A stretch of DNA of 64,000 nt, taken from Lingula anatina. Taxonomy: Eukaryota > Animalia > Brachiopoda. The stretch is from positions 8,742,001-8,806,000 of the forward strand of contig CM120643.1 of the NCBI GenBank assembly GCA_051362555.1, read 5' to 3'. Below the pieces are notes generated by a model. It was not told the DNA's origin. It saw nothing but the letters and a program-made list of their open reading frames with translations, and searched no databases. The position numbers and the translations under genes are program-made. Within the stretch, counting starts at the first letter, position 1; the number at the start of each line of letters is the position of its first letter. Below, in pieces: positions 36,806-51,353 of the stretch.

Positions 36806-39800
36806 TTTGTGGCATATATTTGTCATACGTATGTTGAATGCGTGATCAGAGGTTTCACCGAGTAACTTTATGTACTGTATAATTTCCTTCGTATTTTGTT
36901 CAGTTTTCGTGATCCTAAAAAATTCGCCGTAGCACAGCTTTCCCGCTAAAAAAAATTGCATATGTGTTGTTCGGGTAGTTTAACCATTCTTCCAATAAAA
37001 CATTGTATCCAAATCGACCTTTTTTTAAGTAATGGGACCTTTACTTTAATTTCCCTTTCCACGGCTACATTACACGGGAACCATAAAGTTTTTAAATCAA
37101 TGACGGTTTCATACCCATTACAACAGAAACTCCAATGTGAAAAATCATTAAATCTCTGATATCATGTTTTTTAGCGCAACACACATAATGTCATTCAAGA
37201 CTGGCCTAAAATTACATACGTCTTTATTTTTTATACAGATCTTTTGCTTCTAACTCTGTGATCCATCTCACGTTTAACTGTTAAATCTATACCTTATTCA
37301 TCAACAAATTTAAATCAGTGGTTTCAGCATTATTTATTTAATTTGGCCTCCTAGCTCAAAGATTGGTATTTTCCTTAACTTCGCTGATTGGGTGCAAGCG
37401 CATAAAAAATAACTTTTGTTTGCCTGTTCTAAAAATTCTATAAATTTAAATTGATTTAAAGCCAGTTTAAAATATATAATTTTTGGATGTTAGGAAAATA
37501 TCTTATCTTGTCAATTTAATTTAATTTCATTAAAAGGCACTCGTTGTCATATGCCTTGTTTACTAAGCTAATCCGGGTGTGGTTGAATGTCATCCTCACT
37601 AACCGTTTAAGACGTAATAGTTTTGTTGTTGATATTGATGATGTGTGTGACTTTGGTAGGGTCGTTTTTGCTTGTGCTTGATTTTTATAATAGGTAATTG
37701 GCGTTGTAAAAGTTATAATTAATATGCTTTGTGTAACTAAAAAGGTATTTGGAATGCAACCGCGCTCGATTTACAAGTTCATTAAATTATTTTTCACAAG
37801 TAAGTCGCATACTTTTATACGTGCAATATACAATATTCATCGGGCACAAGTGGTGGTGGTTGGGGGGGGGGTCCTACGTACAAATGTACGTGATATACTT
37901 ATAAGCCAAGACTTGGATCTACTACAGGAAAGGCACGTATCTCCCTATCTCTTTCCTCACAGTTGATACTGACACTTCTGACACCTTGAAATAGATCTAT
38001 ACCCACCAGCTGTTATGAAAAGGGGCACCCTGTTTATTATCTGATATCTTCGATTACCTTATTAATACAAACCCACAAGGTGCTAATTTTAGATACACGG
38101 GTCATTAGAGTGACACTTCAGTCAACATGTAGAGATAAATGTGCCAAATATATATTTTTGTGTTTGAGAAGTAACAGATCCCGTTTGTCCCCCACGGACG
38201 GACAGGGTCCATTTTGATAATGAGAGCTTATAGACTTGACTGTTAAATCAACAGGGTCGCTCTAGTTATTAACTTGGTACTTTTCCATGTTATTTGATTT
38301 ATCTTTAATAAAATCGAGTCTAATTAGAAATCCGCCAATATTTAAGTCAAGGGCGCGTTCACACTTGAGAGTAGTTTTTAACCGATTTATGCCTAAATGC
38401 AGCATTTAACCATCGCATTTGTACACCCTTGATTTAATTAATTATAATCAGGCGCATTGGTGTTATAATTATTGTGAATGGTGATTTCATGACAAATATG
38501 AGGTAATATTTAGGAGGTCTCCAGGGATATGTTATAGTGGTGATTTTTGGCCAAAATTACACTTTAGAAACATCCTATTTTAAATCAAATTATGCCAAAG
38601 TTTGGTAAAATTATTTAGTTGTCTGAGTCGCTACCGTGTGACCTGAAACTATTAATGCATTTACTAATTCGAAAAAACTATAATCAAGCTGTAAATTATG
38701 CCTCTGTTAAAATTAAAGTTAGACTCAATGTTATTGTGTCGAATGTCTTTATAAATTTGTTTCTTAATTCACTTCCATATATCTCTTCAGGAATCACTTT
38801 GATATATTTTATGTTGTTCATCTTATGTATAGACGTAGTATATATATTGAAATAGAGAAAGTTTGGTCAGTCGCACCGATAGCTGGACTGTCCGTATTTT
38901 ATAAGGAGACTCAAACTGCGCGCATTGTTCGATTTTTTTTAAGATCAAAATTCAGGCTTGTTAATGTCTGTGCTAGAAAAAAGGAAAGAAAAAATGAACG
39001 AAGATAAAAACTTCATTATCCGTATATCATCATTTTTCGTTATTGTTTATCTAGAAAAATCATTTAACTGCATAATTCCTTAATAGATTAATAGATATTT
39101 TTTCAAATCATTTTAGCTTAATTTCTGCAGTGTAACTGTCTCTTGATATTACCCAGGAATTCCTTTATGAAGTTAAGGTGTATGTAGCAAATTGTAGTCA
39201 TTGGTTTCACATTTTAAAACGGGGGATAGAGTGGAGGTTTCACACTGCTTGAAATAACTTTGATTTGCAGAACCCAAGTGAACTTTTTATTTGGTCCCTA
39301 TAAAGTACAGGTGTTTAAGCAGACGTTGACACTAAATAGAATCAAAAGGGAAAACGATTTGAATTGAAGAAAAGAAAAAAATGTGTTATGTCAGTACAGT
39401 GTATTTTACAAACAATCGAGGCAATTGATTTTACTCATGGTCTTTCTTAGATCTCTCTTGTAATTCCCAGTATATTTATCGATATCATTCTCTCTTCATC
39501 AACTTAATTTATCCCCTTACCTCGATGGACTCGGTTTTATTCTAGTCGCAATTCATTTTTTAAAAAGAGAGCAACTCTTTCAAAACTAAAGTATTTTTTC
39601 AAATAGTCAATCATTTTATTGTTCAATTTGATTTGACTTAGTCCATCAGGACAGGTCTTTCAAAATACAAAGATTTCTCTCTTATAATTTATTTACCGAT
39701 TTCGTGATGGTGGAGTGAAAAATACACACGCGGATCTTTTACTTCAAGAATTATGTCACTGACTTGAAAATCATCTTCTCTGAAAATAAATATTCACAAC

Positions 39801-42535
39801 CGTGGTGTACAGAAATATTTCTTTCCATGGCGATCTGCTCGCGAATTACTGAAATAGTTACCTTTTATTCATTGGTGGAAGAATGGAGGAGGACGACTCG
39901 GGTCAGCATTAAAGGTCTCGTGCAGTTTATGAGAAGGAGGGCACTACCCTCGCTGGATTGCTGCCAGGAGAGCAATGGCGGATTTAAGGGAGGGGTGTCC
40001 TGACCCCCTTTTGATTTCTGAAAAAAGAATCACACCAATGGTCCCCTCTTAAAATGAGAATTTTGACTAGCTGAGTCGTAGTTCTAAACCGTACCAAATG
40101 GCACCGTTCACCCTCTAAACCCCCCCCCCCCAATTTTTTTTTGGGGGGCAAGGGTTGGCTTCGCATCCGCGGCCTGTCATTCCTAAAAACCAGCCCCCCT
40201 TCAAATAATCCTAGATCCGCGCACACGTTACTGAGCAATACCCTTTAGGCAATACTATTGTATGAAAAAGTATATTAAAACCACATACATAACAAAACCT
40301 GCCTTTCTTATGCTAAAATATGTATAGGCCTACTTTTTAAATAACAAAATTTATGGTAGATGTTAATTTTTATTAACGTAACCAGAATCATCGTTGTTTA
40401 AAGGGCAACTCTATGGGATTGTCCCGCTAAAATTGATTTAAAATAAGCAATTTTGTCGTACTATATGCTATCATTTCACTTGGATTCGACACTTAATTAA
40501 ATTTATAAAGGTTGATTTAGTTTACAATGACTGTGCAATTATTATAACCAGCGACCATCTTCTTACACGTACAGTGTATATGCTCCTACGCAAATATCAA
40601 CATCAAGTAAGCTCCATAAAAAAATGTTTAAGTGCTTAAATCGTTTTTTGAGGTATCATAAGAAGCTATGGATGGCAAAATAAGCATTTGGGGGATTTTC
40701 AAACCCATGGAGTGTGTCTCTAAGACAGTCAGTATAAAAGTGCATGAGCTGTTGTCATTTCGAAAATGTTAAAGATAATTATTGTGAAAAACTGCAAATG
40801 TGAACAGATAGTGCTAAGGGTACTTGTGAATCACATTTACAGTACAAACAAAGCACACTCCTGACAGTTTCGGGAAATTTTATCAAAATCCGCTTACAAC
40901 TTTTTTTTGCCATAATGCAACTCTAAAGGGGTATTCACATATATATATTAATAATATGTAATCGTACATTGTAACTTAGTATAAGTACCAGTAACTGTAG
41001 TAGGTAAAACTAACAGACAAATGGACCAAAAATCACCTCCTTAGCGTTGTCAGATATCGTTTGGCAGTAATAGGGACTCAGGTTTCCGACGGCGACGGCA
41101 CGGACAAGAACTAGACACAATGATGAGAATATTAACAGACAAATAACAATAGTGTCTGCTTGTAAAAAGCAGTAATGTGTTGACAAATGATACATGCCAT
41201 TTCATATTCATATTTTTTGTTCCATCAACGTCAGTAGTGGGCTTGCGAAGGTCACTATTCTGATCAAGACTTAGTTTTTCCTCTTTAAAATTACTGAAGC
41301 CGCGGATGCGAAGCCGACTTTACCCCTTGGCGTGGAGTTCGGGGCCTGCTGAAGGGTCCCGAAATTTTTTGGTAATTTAAAGGGCGAACGATGCCATTTG
41401 GTACGGTTTAGAACTATGATTCAGCTAGTCAAATTTTTAATTGCCAGAGAGGGCCCATTGGTGTGATTTTTTTCAGAAATTGAAAGGGGCGTCAGGACCC
41501 CCTGACACCCCCCCCTAAATCCGCCACTGCTGTGGATGATTTTCAAACCCATGGAGTGTACCTTTAAGGTTGAAATTTTTGTAGTTACTTTTAAAACAAT
41601 AACTCATTTTTTGTTATCATTAATAAAAAATCTATTTAATGCCATTTGAGTTTATTTTAAAATAAAAAAAATCAAGTTTGATTTCATAGATATTAGGTCT
41701 CTTGTTAATGTTTTTAACACATGCAAAATAATGAAGGTAACGTATACCCAGCTAACACAGAACGTTTTGATAACAGGGTTATATATTGGTCAGACCATCA
41801 ACAAGTGTTAAGAGAATGTTATTCTAACGTTCTACACTGCCACTGTCATTGTCATTGACCCGAGACACGTTGCCAGCAAGTTCTGTTAACGTATATAAAT
41901 TTTGATGAAATTATGCATTTTTGTTAATTTTAGCAAAAACACATGTACAAAGAATTTCATATTTCGCATCACTGCAAATTGCACAACTTTGATCATCACA
42001 TCTAGTATTAATTTAAAACGTTCTAACAATGTTATAAAAATAAAAAGATAATTACCAATATTAGTCGCGCCATACGCTGTCGGACTAACGTTGGTCATCA
42101 AGCCTGCGTCATACGCTGTCTAAACCACACCTAATGGCTGATTACATATTGGGGTTGGGGTTGGGGTTGGTCGGCGACTAGAGCAATGAGGATTTTAAAA
42201 CCCTCGGGCAGTCCGAAAACTTAAAAAAAAGCTTGAAAAATAGACTTCAATTATGTTATAAGGTTTATCAAAATTATTAAAAAGGTGTTTTCAAGTAATC
42301 CTGATAGTTGATTGGCGTTTGTGATGAATTACTGGATTGTTTTGTCTTCATTTTAGAAAATTTATTCAAATAAATTGCTTACAAGGTCAGCCAACACAGG
42401 AGTAGTGAAAAGGTTTAGCAGTGATGACTTGACTGAAGTAAGTAAGGTTGAATGGTCGTCTGATAGACAAGTTGGGGGAATCCATTGAATGACAGGGGTT
42501 TTTGTTTAGTGGTGAAAATCCACTCAATCTGAGGG

Positions 42536-43000
42536 ATGTCAGGTGGGGCGACTCCATTCCAAATAAAGTTTTGTTATATGGGGCGATTCCATTCCATTAG
42601 AGGGGTGGCAGGTGGGGCGAGTCCATTGCATTAAAGGGGTGACAGGTGGGGCGAGTCCATTGCATTGAAGGGGTGGCAGGTAGGGCGAGTCTATTGCATT
42701 AAGGGGGGTGACAGGTGGGGCGAGTTCACTGCATTAGAAGGGGTGACAGGTAGGACGAGTCCATTGCAAAAGAGGGGGCGACAGGTGGGGAAGTTCATTG
42801 TATTTAAGGGGTAACAGGTGGGGCGAGTCCACTGCATTAGAAGGGTTGACAGGTTGGACGAGTCCATTGCAAAAGAGGGGCGACAGGTAGGGCAGGTTAA
42901 TTGTACTAAAGGGATGAGAGGTGGGGCGAGTCCACTGCATCAGAAGGGGTGATAGGTGGGACGAGTCATTGCATAAGAGGGGTGACAGGTGGGGCTAGTC
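42536..43000. repeat. G-rich ~39-bp minisatellite
   Basis: gacaggtggggcgagtccattgcattaaaggggt-like unit, ~12 copies. Confidence 0.9.
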
Positions 43001-44629
43001 TCGTAATTATCCCAATTTGGTTCAGAGAACAGACTGAAGAAATTGTTCTGTTATACCCTCAGGAATCAAATTTTTGGCCAAATTCTGTCGTTTCCATTTA
43101 CAAAAAAAATCTCGTGTGAATTTTTTAAAAACCAGGATTGTAAATTTATATAAATTTGAACTATAAAATGTAGGTTGTTGGATAGCATTTTAGATATTTT
43201 ATTTCACTGCAAAAATACTGGTCATTTTGCAATTATTTCAAATTTAGGTACCACAGAAAACAGTCAATCACGAAAACATTGACATTATTTACAGATCAAA
43301 TCGAATTTGAAAGTCCTCAAACACTAAAAAAAAACTCATTATGATTACTACTACTATCCTTATCATAATAATTTCATAAAAAGTGAAAAATAAAACGGCA
43401 AATTACAAAAGTTGTTTTTATTGAATTTTCACATAATAGATGTACGAAGGAACGTGGGTTTCTGTGTGTGAAACAAAGGCTAAACTTCAGGCGGATGCTG
43501 TGCAGAATCTCGTTGAGCTCCTGGAAAGATAAAATAATGTATACATGTAATATCACAGGGCAGAGAGCACATATAAATGGAATGGTGTGCACGTTTATTA
43601 ACTAGTCTGATGTTCAGGTTCAGCTAGCGCAAAACTAAAATTATTACCTGAAATTAGGTAATGATATAACTATTTGAGGCCTCTTGTTAAAAAAGTAAGG
43701 TTGATAGCACAACCCGTTTTATTTGCAGGGTGGTTGAGGTTATTGCTACGACCGTTAATATATTCCTCTTGATATTAAAAGTTATAACACATGTTGTAGT
43801 CCATTTACAAATTCTCTTCGAAAATTATAAAACCCTTGGATCAGAAGCTCAGAACGGTGACAAGCATCATCCATTTAATTAATTTCGGTGGTAATAGTTA
43901 CATTTAAACACACACGATGTTTTAAATTAGGTCAAAATATTCAAAATTAATTGTCAAGACCGGGGCACACAGAATGTTCAAACAGAGGGTTACAAAGTGC
44001 AGATGATTTCAAGCAAACTTAGGTTATCATAAAATGTCAGATGAATGCAACGTTTATCCTGAACATTTGGAGTCCTTTTATCCTGAACATTTGGAGTCCT
44101 AACGCAATGTAAGCAATAATTTCTACCATTATGAGTGACATACAAGTAACAATGAAGATATAGCAATAGGATTCATGTCATAAATATTTGTCGTAAATAT
44201 TTTTCTCATTCTTCTGCGCCTTTAGTATTTAATGGCTGTGGTTGATGAAAAAATAGTGATACTCACAAACATACATTTGCTTCCACGCCTTATAAATGTT
44301 CAACCTTCTGACTGCACCACAGATGCTGTTGCGTCTACACCCGACTCTGTCAAACTGCCAAGTGAGCATTCGGGAAGACAGCTCGCACTACGATGAACAA
44401 CTTGTTGTTATGCAAATAACAAGTATAGCTCATTTTAGTTGAGAGGTCGTTACTGAAACCAAGGAGTTATAAATAATATAACTCCTTGCTAAAACTGTTG
44501 GCGAAAGTTCAGTAATTAAACCCTGTGCGATACCTTCATATGCTCAAAGTCGTGCAAATATTCGATGTCACATACGATACTCTACAAGGCCAAAAGTGTC
44601 TAACTGGGCCTACTACACATGTAGCCCAG

Positions 44630-44778
44630 GTGTAACAGGAATGGGAGTCCGCTAGGAACCGTAGTCCGCTTCCCATTACTTTGTACCGGTGACATTCGTC
44701 CATATACTAACCCGAATACTCCAATTAACCCTAACCTGTACTAATCGTATGGGAGCCCGGACTTCCATTCCTGTTACA
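44630..44778. mobile_element. Small inverted-repeat element
   Basis: tgtaacaggaatgggagtcc...ggacttccattcctgttaca. Confidence 0.55.
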
Positions 44779-44831
44779 GGTGTTTCCCCTATGTGAAAAT
44801 TATTCTGAAAAATCAGCAATGGGTGTATTTC

Positions 44832-44868
<37 letters not shown>

Positions 44869-45653
44869 ACACACCAAAAAAAATTATAATAATAATAAAA
44901 TAAAATAAAATAAAATAAAATAAATCGATAAGGTCTACTGCCATGCTACGATACATTTTGCTAATTCATGGAATCAGAAGTTAGTTTTTTTTTAACGCGA
45001 ACAAAGACGTGAGACGTCAATGATGTATGCATCATATCATTTTTTATTTCTCATAGTCTTATATATAGGCCTATAACAACTTGAACCAGATTTTCGACGG
45101 CTCTTTCATGTGGTCAGGCCCTAGCTATAGATAAAACGTCAATGTTCATATGAATGAGTAGGCCTACATGTAGGCTAACAAGGACCGAACTGGCCTACAG
45201 TTTGGTGGGTTCTAATTGGACTACTGAAAAACACACTTGTTAGCTTTATTTATTTTGTCGACTTATTTATTTAGGCCTACCAATCAGACTGCTAATAGGG
45301 ACAGATCCAGGATTATTTGAAGGGGGCGGGGCGGAACGACAGACCTCGGATGCGTAGCCGAACATCGCCCCCTTGGTGTGGGGTTTGGGGCCTGTTCAAG
45401 GGCCCCGAAAACTTTTTGGTTTTCTGGAGAGCAAGTGCCCTTTGGTACGGTTTAGAACTATATGATTTAGCAAGGAGTTTCAATGGATTTAGCTAGTCAA
45501 AATTCTAATTTCAAGAGGGGAATATTGGTGTGATAATTTTTCAGAAACCGAAGGAGGATCAGAACCCACCTTACCCCCCTCTAAATCCGCCACTGATCAT
45601 TATAATATATATCACGTATGATCAACGCAAGTGCAATGAACGATGCCCGTACG

Positions 45654-45820
45654 CAGGGGCGGATTTAGGCCATCTTCGGGGTCTTCCGGAAGACGGTCAG
45701 ATTTTCAAGTTTATATTGATGGGTATGTAATTTTTTCCGTCGGAAGACGGTCAAAAATGGAGGATGGATCGATAAAGATAATTCGAAACCTGTCAGAAAA
45801 TATCTCTCGATCCGCCCCTG
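45654..45820. mobile_element. MITE with CAGGGGCGGAT TIRs
   Basis: caggggcggat...atccgcccctg; close copy at 53911-54078. Confidence 0.8.
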
Positions 45821-46217
45821 GGTACGGGAACTACATGTAGGCCCATCTAGGCTACGATAACGCCTCGGTCTACGGACTTATGATTTTCAAATTTTGCCAA
45901 AGTTGACTAGCTGATTTATAGTACTAAACCGTACCAAATGACACCGTTCGCCCTCTAAAATACCAAAAAATTTTCGGGGCTGCTCATCGGGCCCCAAACC
46001 CCACGCCAACCGGGGGAGGGGGTTGGGCTTCGCATCCGCCCCCCCCCCCCCCCCCCCCCCCCCCTTCAGTTAATCCTAGATCCGCCCCTGCAACGTGGAC
46101 TTCAATTTAATGCTTGACAAATATTATATCTGGAAACTGGACTATTACTTTTGTGTCTACCAGAGAATCACACCTAACACAGTCTTAATATGCCCAGCAC
46201 CGCTGCATTTTCCCGTT

Positions 46218-46256
46218 CAACAGGAAGCGATATCAATATAATTATTAACCAATCAA
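46218..46256 (+). promoter_or_regulatory. ADCK5 proximal promoter motifs (CCAAT box, ETS-like GGAAG)
   Basis: AACCAATCA at ~46247-46255 and CAGGAAG at 46221-46227, just upstream of the ATG at 46288. Confidence 0.4.
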
Positions 46257-46287
46257 ATCGCTTGCAATTTTCACTGCTACAGACAAT

Positions 46288-49200
46288 ATGGCGATACTCC
46301 TGGTGTGCCGATTTTGTAATCGGTTGTTTCAATCGAAGTTTCAGACTCCTGTAAATACAATCAGAGCTTCCAAATTGCCAAATAGGGTGAGTACGAGCAC
46401 CAAAAGTAAACTAATGTTATCTGATATAGAATTTTAAATTCGTTGTCGCCAGGCCTAGTCATATCCCCTGGCCTTAGTCTATTGCAGACGAATTTCAGAT
46501 TGATTTATTTACGTAAGTTCTGGCTGTGAGTGATGCAACTGGAGCTGTGATTTCATGCGCTGTTACTCTTGAAAATAACGAGAAACGGCCTTTACTTAAC
46601 GATCAGTTAAATGCAATACCATATCTGTTACGGAGATCCCCTGTTTCCTCTTATATTCCAAAAGCAACTGCTACTGGTTTGGTTACATATATCCCTTACC
46701 AGCCTTGGGCTTTACCAAGGTGGTTAAACTCCCTGGTCTAAAGTACTTTGAGTAGATAGATAATATTGGCGATTTGCCTCTTTTATACATACACACATTA
46801 CAAATACACTGCCCAGTACATATCTGGACTTTCTTTGTCACAAATACGGCCATAAAATACATGTTACGTATTTATTAGTGTACATGTATAATGTTTAGCA
46901 GAGGTGCTGATGTTATATAATATGCTCCAATTTTAGTGACATTTGGAAGAAAAATCTTAATTAATTCATTAGACGTTTCAGCTAGCTTTCAGAAACTAAG
47001 TTTATCCCAGAATAAATATTACCTACTTAACCTTTTTTCAAAACTTTGTTCAGTACAAGCTTACACCGTGCTAAAAGATTGCACTGGTACAATGTATGCA
47101 CATAGAAATATGCTGTATTTGAGAGCATCAAGCGATAATTGTGAAAGTGAAATTTTTTTTTTTTACCTTTTTTTTTCAGTCATTTTTCTCCACACTACAC
47201 GAGGGTAGAAATGGGCTTCCTAAATTATTCAAGAGGCAGTTTTCATTACAAGTCAAAGAAAATAAAAGGACAAAAACTCAGAAATGGACTAAAAGAGTAA
47301 TAATAAGTGGCTCACTTATAGCAGCCTGTGCCGGATACTATGCAACATTGGATAGTATACGCAAGAGAAAACTTAGGGTTATAGTGGAGGGGTTTGGTAG
47401 ATTCTGGAGGTATGGTCTGTGTAATTCTTTTTATTAAAGGATATATATTATATATATAAAAGACTCATGAGACTAATGCGTAGCTCAAAACACTTGTTCC
47501 AATATTCGTCCATTCATTCTTATCTTAATGGTAGATTTCTAAAATATTCAATGATTTATCAGTCTTTGATGTGAAGAAGACTGGGTTTTATTTTGGTATT
47601 TTAATACAATTTGATTCAACTCAATGAATTAAATAGCCATAGAAAATTTTTTAATAAATATTTATATTAAACAAGTTAGGCTGTGTGTCATTGATGACGC
47701 TGTCTCATCTTTTGCATGTTTCAGGTCATTAATCATAGGACTTACTATTTCATTAGATTATAAATGGACCTTTTGGGGGTTCCCGGATGAGGTGAGACCT
47801 AATATTTATGATTTTGTATGTTGGAGAAAAAAATTATTTTAAGATATAATCTAGGATCAAATTAATGACATTCAGTGTGCAAATGTATACCTGCAAGTGT
47901 TTGTTTTTTATGAGTGCACTTATGTTTCAGGTAAAAAACAAACAGGCTGCTGTGTGTTGTTAATTATAATTATATACAGAATTAATATAAGAAATGTACA
48001 CACAAAATACAGGCATAATTACAATACAATACCCCAAATGCTATGCTGTCTGTGAATAATGTGAAATTTCCAGTCTTCTTGCATCTTACCTTTTAGGATT
48101 CCGAGGACTATGAGCGCGAACTGCGAAAGTGCCACACACGAGCAGCGGAGAGGATTCTCCATGGTTGCCTTCAGAATGGAGGCCTGTATGTGAAGCTTGG
48201 ACAGGGAATGGTGTCTATGAACCATATACTTCCCAAAGAATATGTAGGAGTCCTGGAGGTACTGCAGGATAAGGCTCTGAAGAGGAGACCACATGAGGTA
48301 AATACCAGTCTCAGGGGCACTTTTCACAATAGAAATTTTCAATGAGTCCAATGTCAACTTTATGACCATAAGTTAGGCTACTTTAATCCAAACTACGTAA
48401 GTTTGTAGTGGTTTCGTAGTCTAAAATGTCAATTGGCTGTCACATTGTTAGAGGGCATTCACAACAGATGATTCTTGGATCTACTGATCCATAGACATGA
48501 GATCTAGCAGGGATCTAGCAATGAAACCTTACAGCTGTGATTTATTTCGTTAAATGGTGTATGCGGAGGCTGGGAGACCATCGGCGGATTAGTCGGCTCT
48601 TCTTTCATGTAGGATCTGTCATATTTGATCAGTAGATCCGAGGATCATCTGTTGTGAATGCCCTCTTAGATCAACTACTGATGCCGACATGCCTTGGACC
48701 CATAATGTTTTATTTAATATATATGCACTCCTTGGGTATAGATTGACCAGTTATTTATGGAGGACTTTGGGAAGACTCCCCAGGAGATGTTCAAGGAGTT
48801 TGATCCAGAGGCCATTGCGGCAGCCAGTCTTGCTCAGGTCCATAAAGCAGTTACACATGAGGGCGATACAGTGGCCGTTAAGGTTGGTAGTCGACAAAAG
48901 TGTGTAGCTTAAAGTCTGTGCTAAATTAAGCTTTATCTAGTTAACATATTTTCTGCTTGAAGGCAAAAGATATCACTTAGATTGCATTCACAACGAGTTG
49001 AGCCAGGCTTTACAAATCCTGGGGACTAAATATGGCTGAAGTACATGAAAGAAAAACCGCCTAATCTTTTAATAGTCTCTCCGCCTCTCACACGCCTCCC
49101 CACACGTCGTGCCTGCGGGGGGACAGTCATTAAATCTCGGCTCCATTGGGACGACACATGGGGAGGCGTGTAAGAGGCGGAGAGACTATTAAAAGAGTAG

Positions 49201-51299
49201 GCGGTTTTTCTTTCATGTGCGTCCGCCATATTTAGTCCCCAGGATTTGTAAAGCCTGGCTCAACTCGGTGTGAATGCGATCTTCATGAACATTTAAATGT
49301 CACTGTTAAAGGTTCAGCATATAACCAAATTAAGGGTTTACTGTATGGATGCAAAAGAGTTCAGTTGGTGAACTTTTTTACATTTAATGAAAAAGTTCAT
49401 TTAATGAAAGCAGTTTTATCATGGCAATTTTCTTAATAGCTGTGTGACAATTTCAATAAAAGATGGGCAGTCATAAATATTAATATTTTGTCATTTCTCC
49501 AGGTTCAGTATATAGACCTAAGAGACAGGTTTGCAGGAGATATCAGGACTTGTGAGATTTTACTGGATATAGTGGGATGGATGCATCCAAAGTTTGCCTT
49601 CAAGTGGGTTTTGCAGGTAAGTCAGATTTGGTACGTACTCTCTTTAATTAGATATAAATACCGTTACCATGTTGCTTTGTAAAATGTTTGTTTTTATTTT
49701 TTCAAATTAACCAAAAACAAAAATAATTTTTTAAAAATATTTCTGTAATCCAGTTTCTGGTTAATTAATGTAACAGTAGGCATCTCTTTGTTCTCAAACA
49801 TGTACCCTCATCCCCAGATATTTTAAGAAATTTCATGCATACAGTCACTGTCTGGTTTCACCTTACACTATAAAAATCTCGGACTGAATATTTATATTTT
49901 AGTCATTTTATTTAAAAAAAAAAAACAATATTCCAGGACTTAAAAGGTACACTTGCCAAAGAACTGGACTTTGAAAATGAGGGATGGAACAGTGAGAGGT
50001 GTGCTCAAGACTTGCGTCACCTTCACTATATCTATGTACCCAAAGTTGATTGGGATAAAACAACTAAGGTATTACCAGTCATGAGCTTTTTCCGCAGAAA
50101 CCCAGAATTCTGCGTTTTGTAATTCAATTCTGATGGTTCCTGAGATTCGTCAAGATCTGCAATAAAATGATAAATGTTCAGAGTGTTTTTTTTTTTAACC
50201 TAGGCTCATGTCTGTATTACTGTTATAAATAGTTTTTGATTTTTTTTTAAAGATGAGGCAATATACTAGATCATTATCAACTTGTCAGAAATGTTATATT
50301 TGGTTACTTTGAATCTGATTCAGTGAAATAACTTGCCATAAGGATGTTAATTTAATCTGTTGTCTAGCCAGGGCTTGTGAAAAAAAAGCTATCAGTTTAA
50401 AGATTTTATTTGTTAGTTTAACATATTTTATCTGCCAATAGCTGAAACCAAAATATCACTTGAATGATATCAGTTTTTTCACGCATTGGTCTTACATTTC
50501 TATATTAATGAAAAAAAAAACTAAACTTAGTCTAATATTTTGTTTATATGTTGAAGAAGTTGAAAAAATGGTTTTCATTGTTCCTTGCATTATGTTACTG
50601 GTAACTTTCTATATCTTCAGAGAGTTTTAACCACAGAATTCATTGATGGCTGTAAAATAAGTAATATGAAAGCAATAAAGGATATGAACATCTCACTAAA
50701 AGATGTAAGTATAACATAGGAGTCCTAAAAATAAAACCAAGGTTTCTTGATGTGAAGTCATAATTTGAAATATAGATTACCCAAGCTGCCTGTCTGATAA
50801 ATTTACTATATATTCAAGTCGTATCCTATTCCTTGTATTTTTCAGAGATAAGTGTACAGTTATTTTGTATGTGTATTATTTATGTTATTCCCCAATTGAC
50901 TATTTATAGTATAAAAGAAAAGAAAGGGAATTTGATATACTGAAAAATACTGATTTTAAAGCAAAACATTTATGCTTAATTGGTGTATGCACAACTTCCT
51001 CTGCCACTTTACAGGTAGACTACAAGCTAGTGCAGTGTTTTGCTGATCAGATCTTCCTCTCTGGTTTTGTACATGCGGACCCACATCCAGGAAACAGTAA
51101 GTGTGTGTGCATGCATATGTTTGTATGTGCTCAGGTACACGTGTATATGTGTGTGTGTACAGGCATGTGTGTGAGTGATCATGCATTTGTGAGGGCGTTT
51201 ATGCGTGCACATGTGGGTGGATGCATTTGTATGAAGAATATGGAATTTCAATGTTTTGGGAACGAGTGAGAGTGGATAAATGCATCTGAGTGCCAAGTG

Positions 51300-51353
<54 letters not shown>

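Larger units (their letters stand above)
39973..46090. mobile_element. Four dispersed copies of a ~250-300 bp MITE family (39973-40221, ~41295-41529, ~45296-45595, ~45880-46090)
   Basis: Shared core ccatttggtacggtttagaacta...cagctagtcaaa and ends ctaaatccgccactg / aatcctagatccgc, in both orientations. Confidence 0.75.

Noticed and set aside
36900-46200. Short intergenic ORFs
   Set aside because: No motifs or consistent splice chains; several overlap MITEs or the minisatellite.
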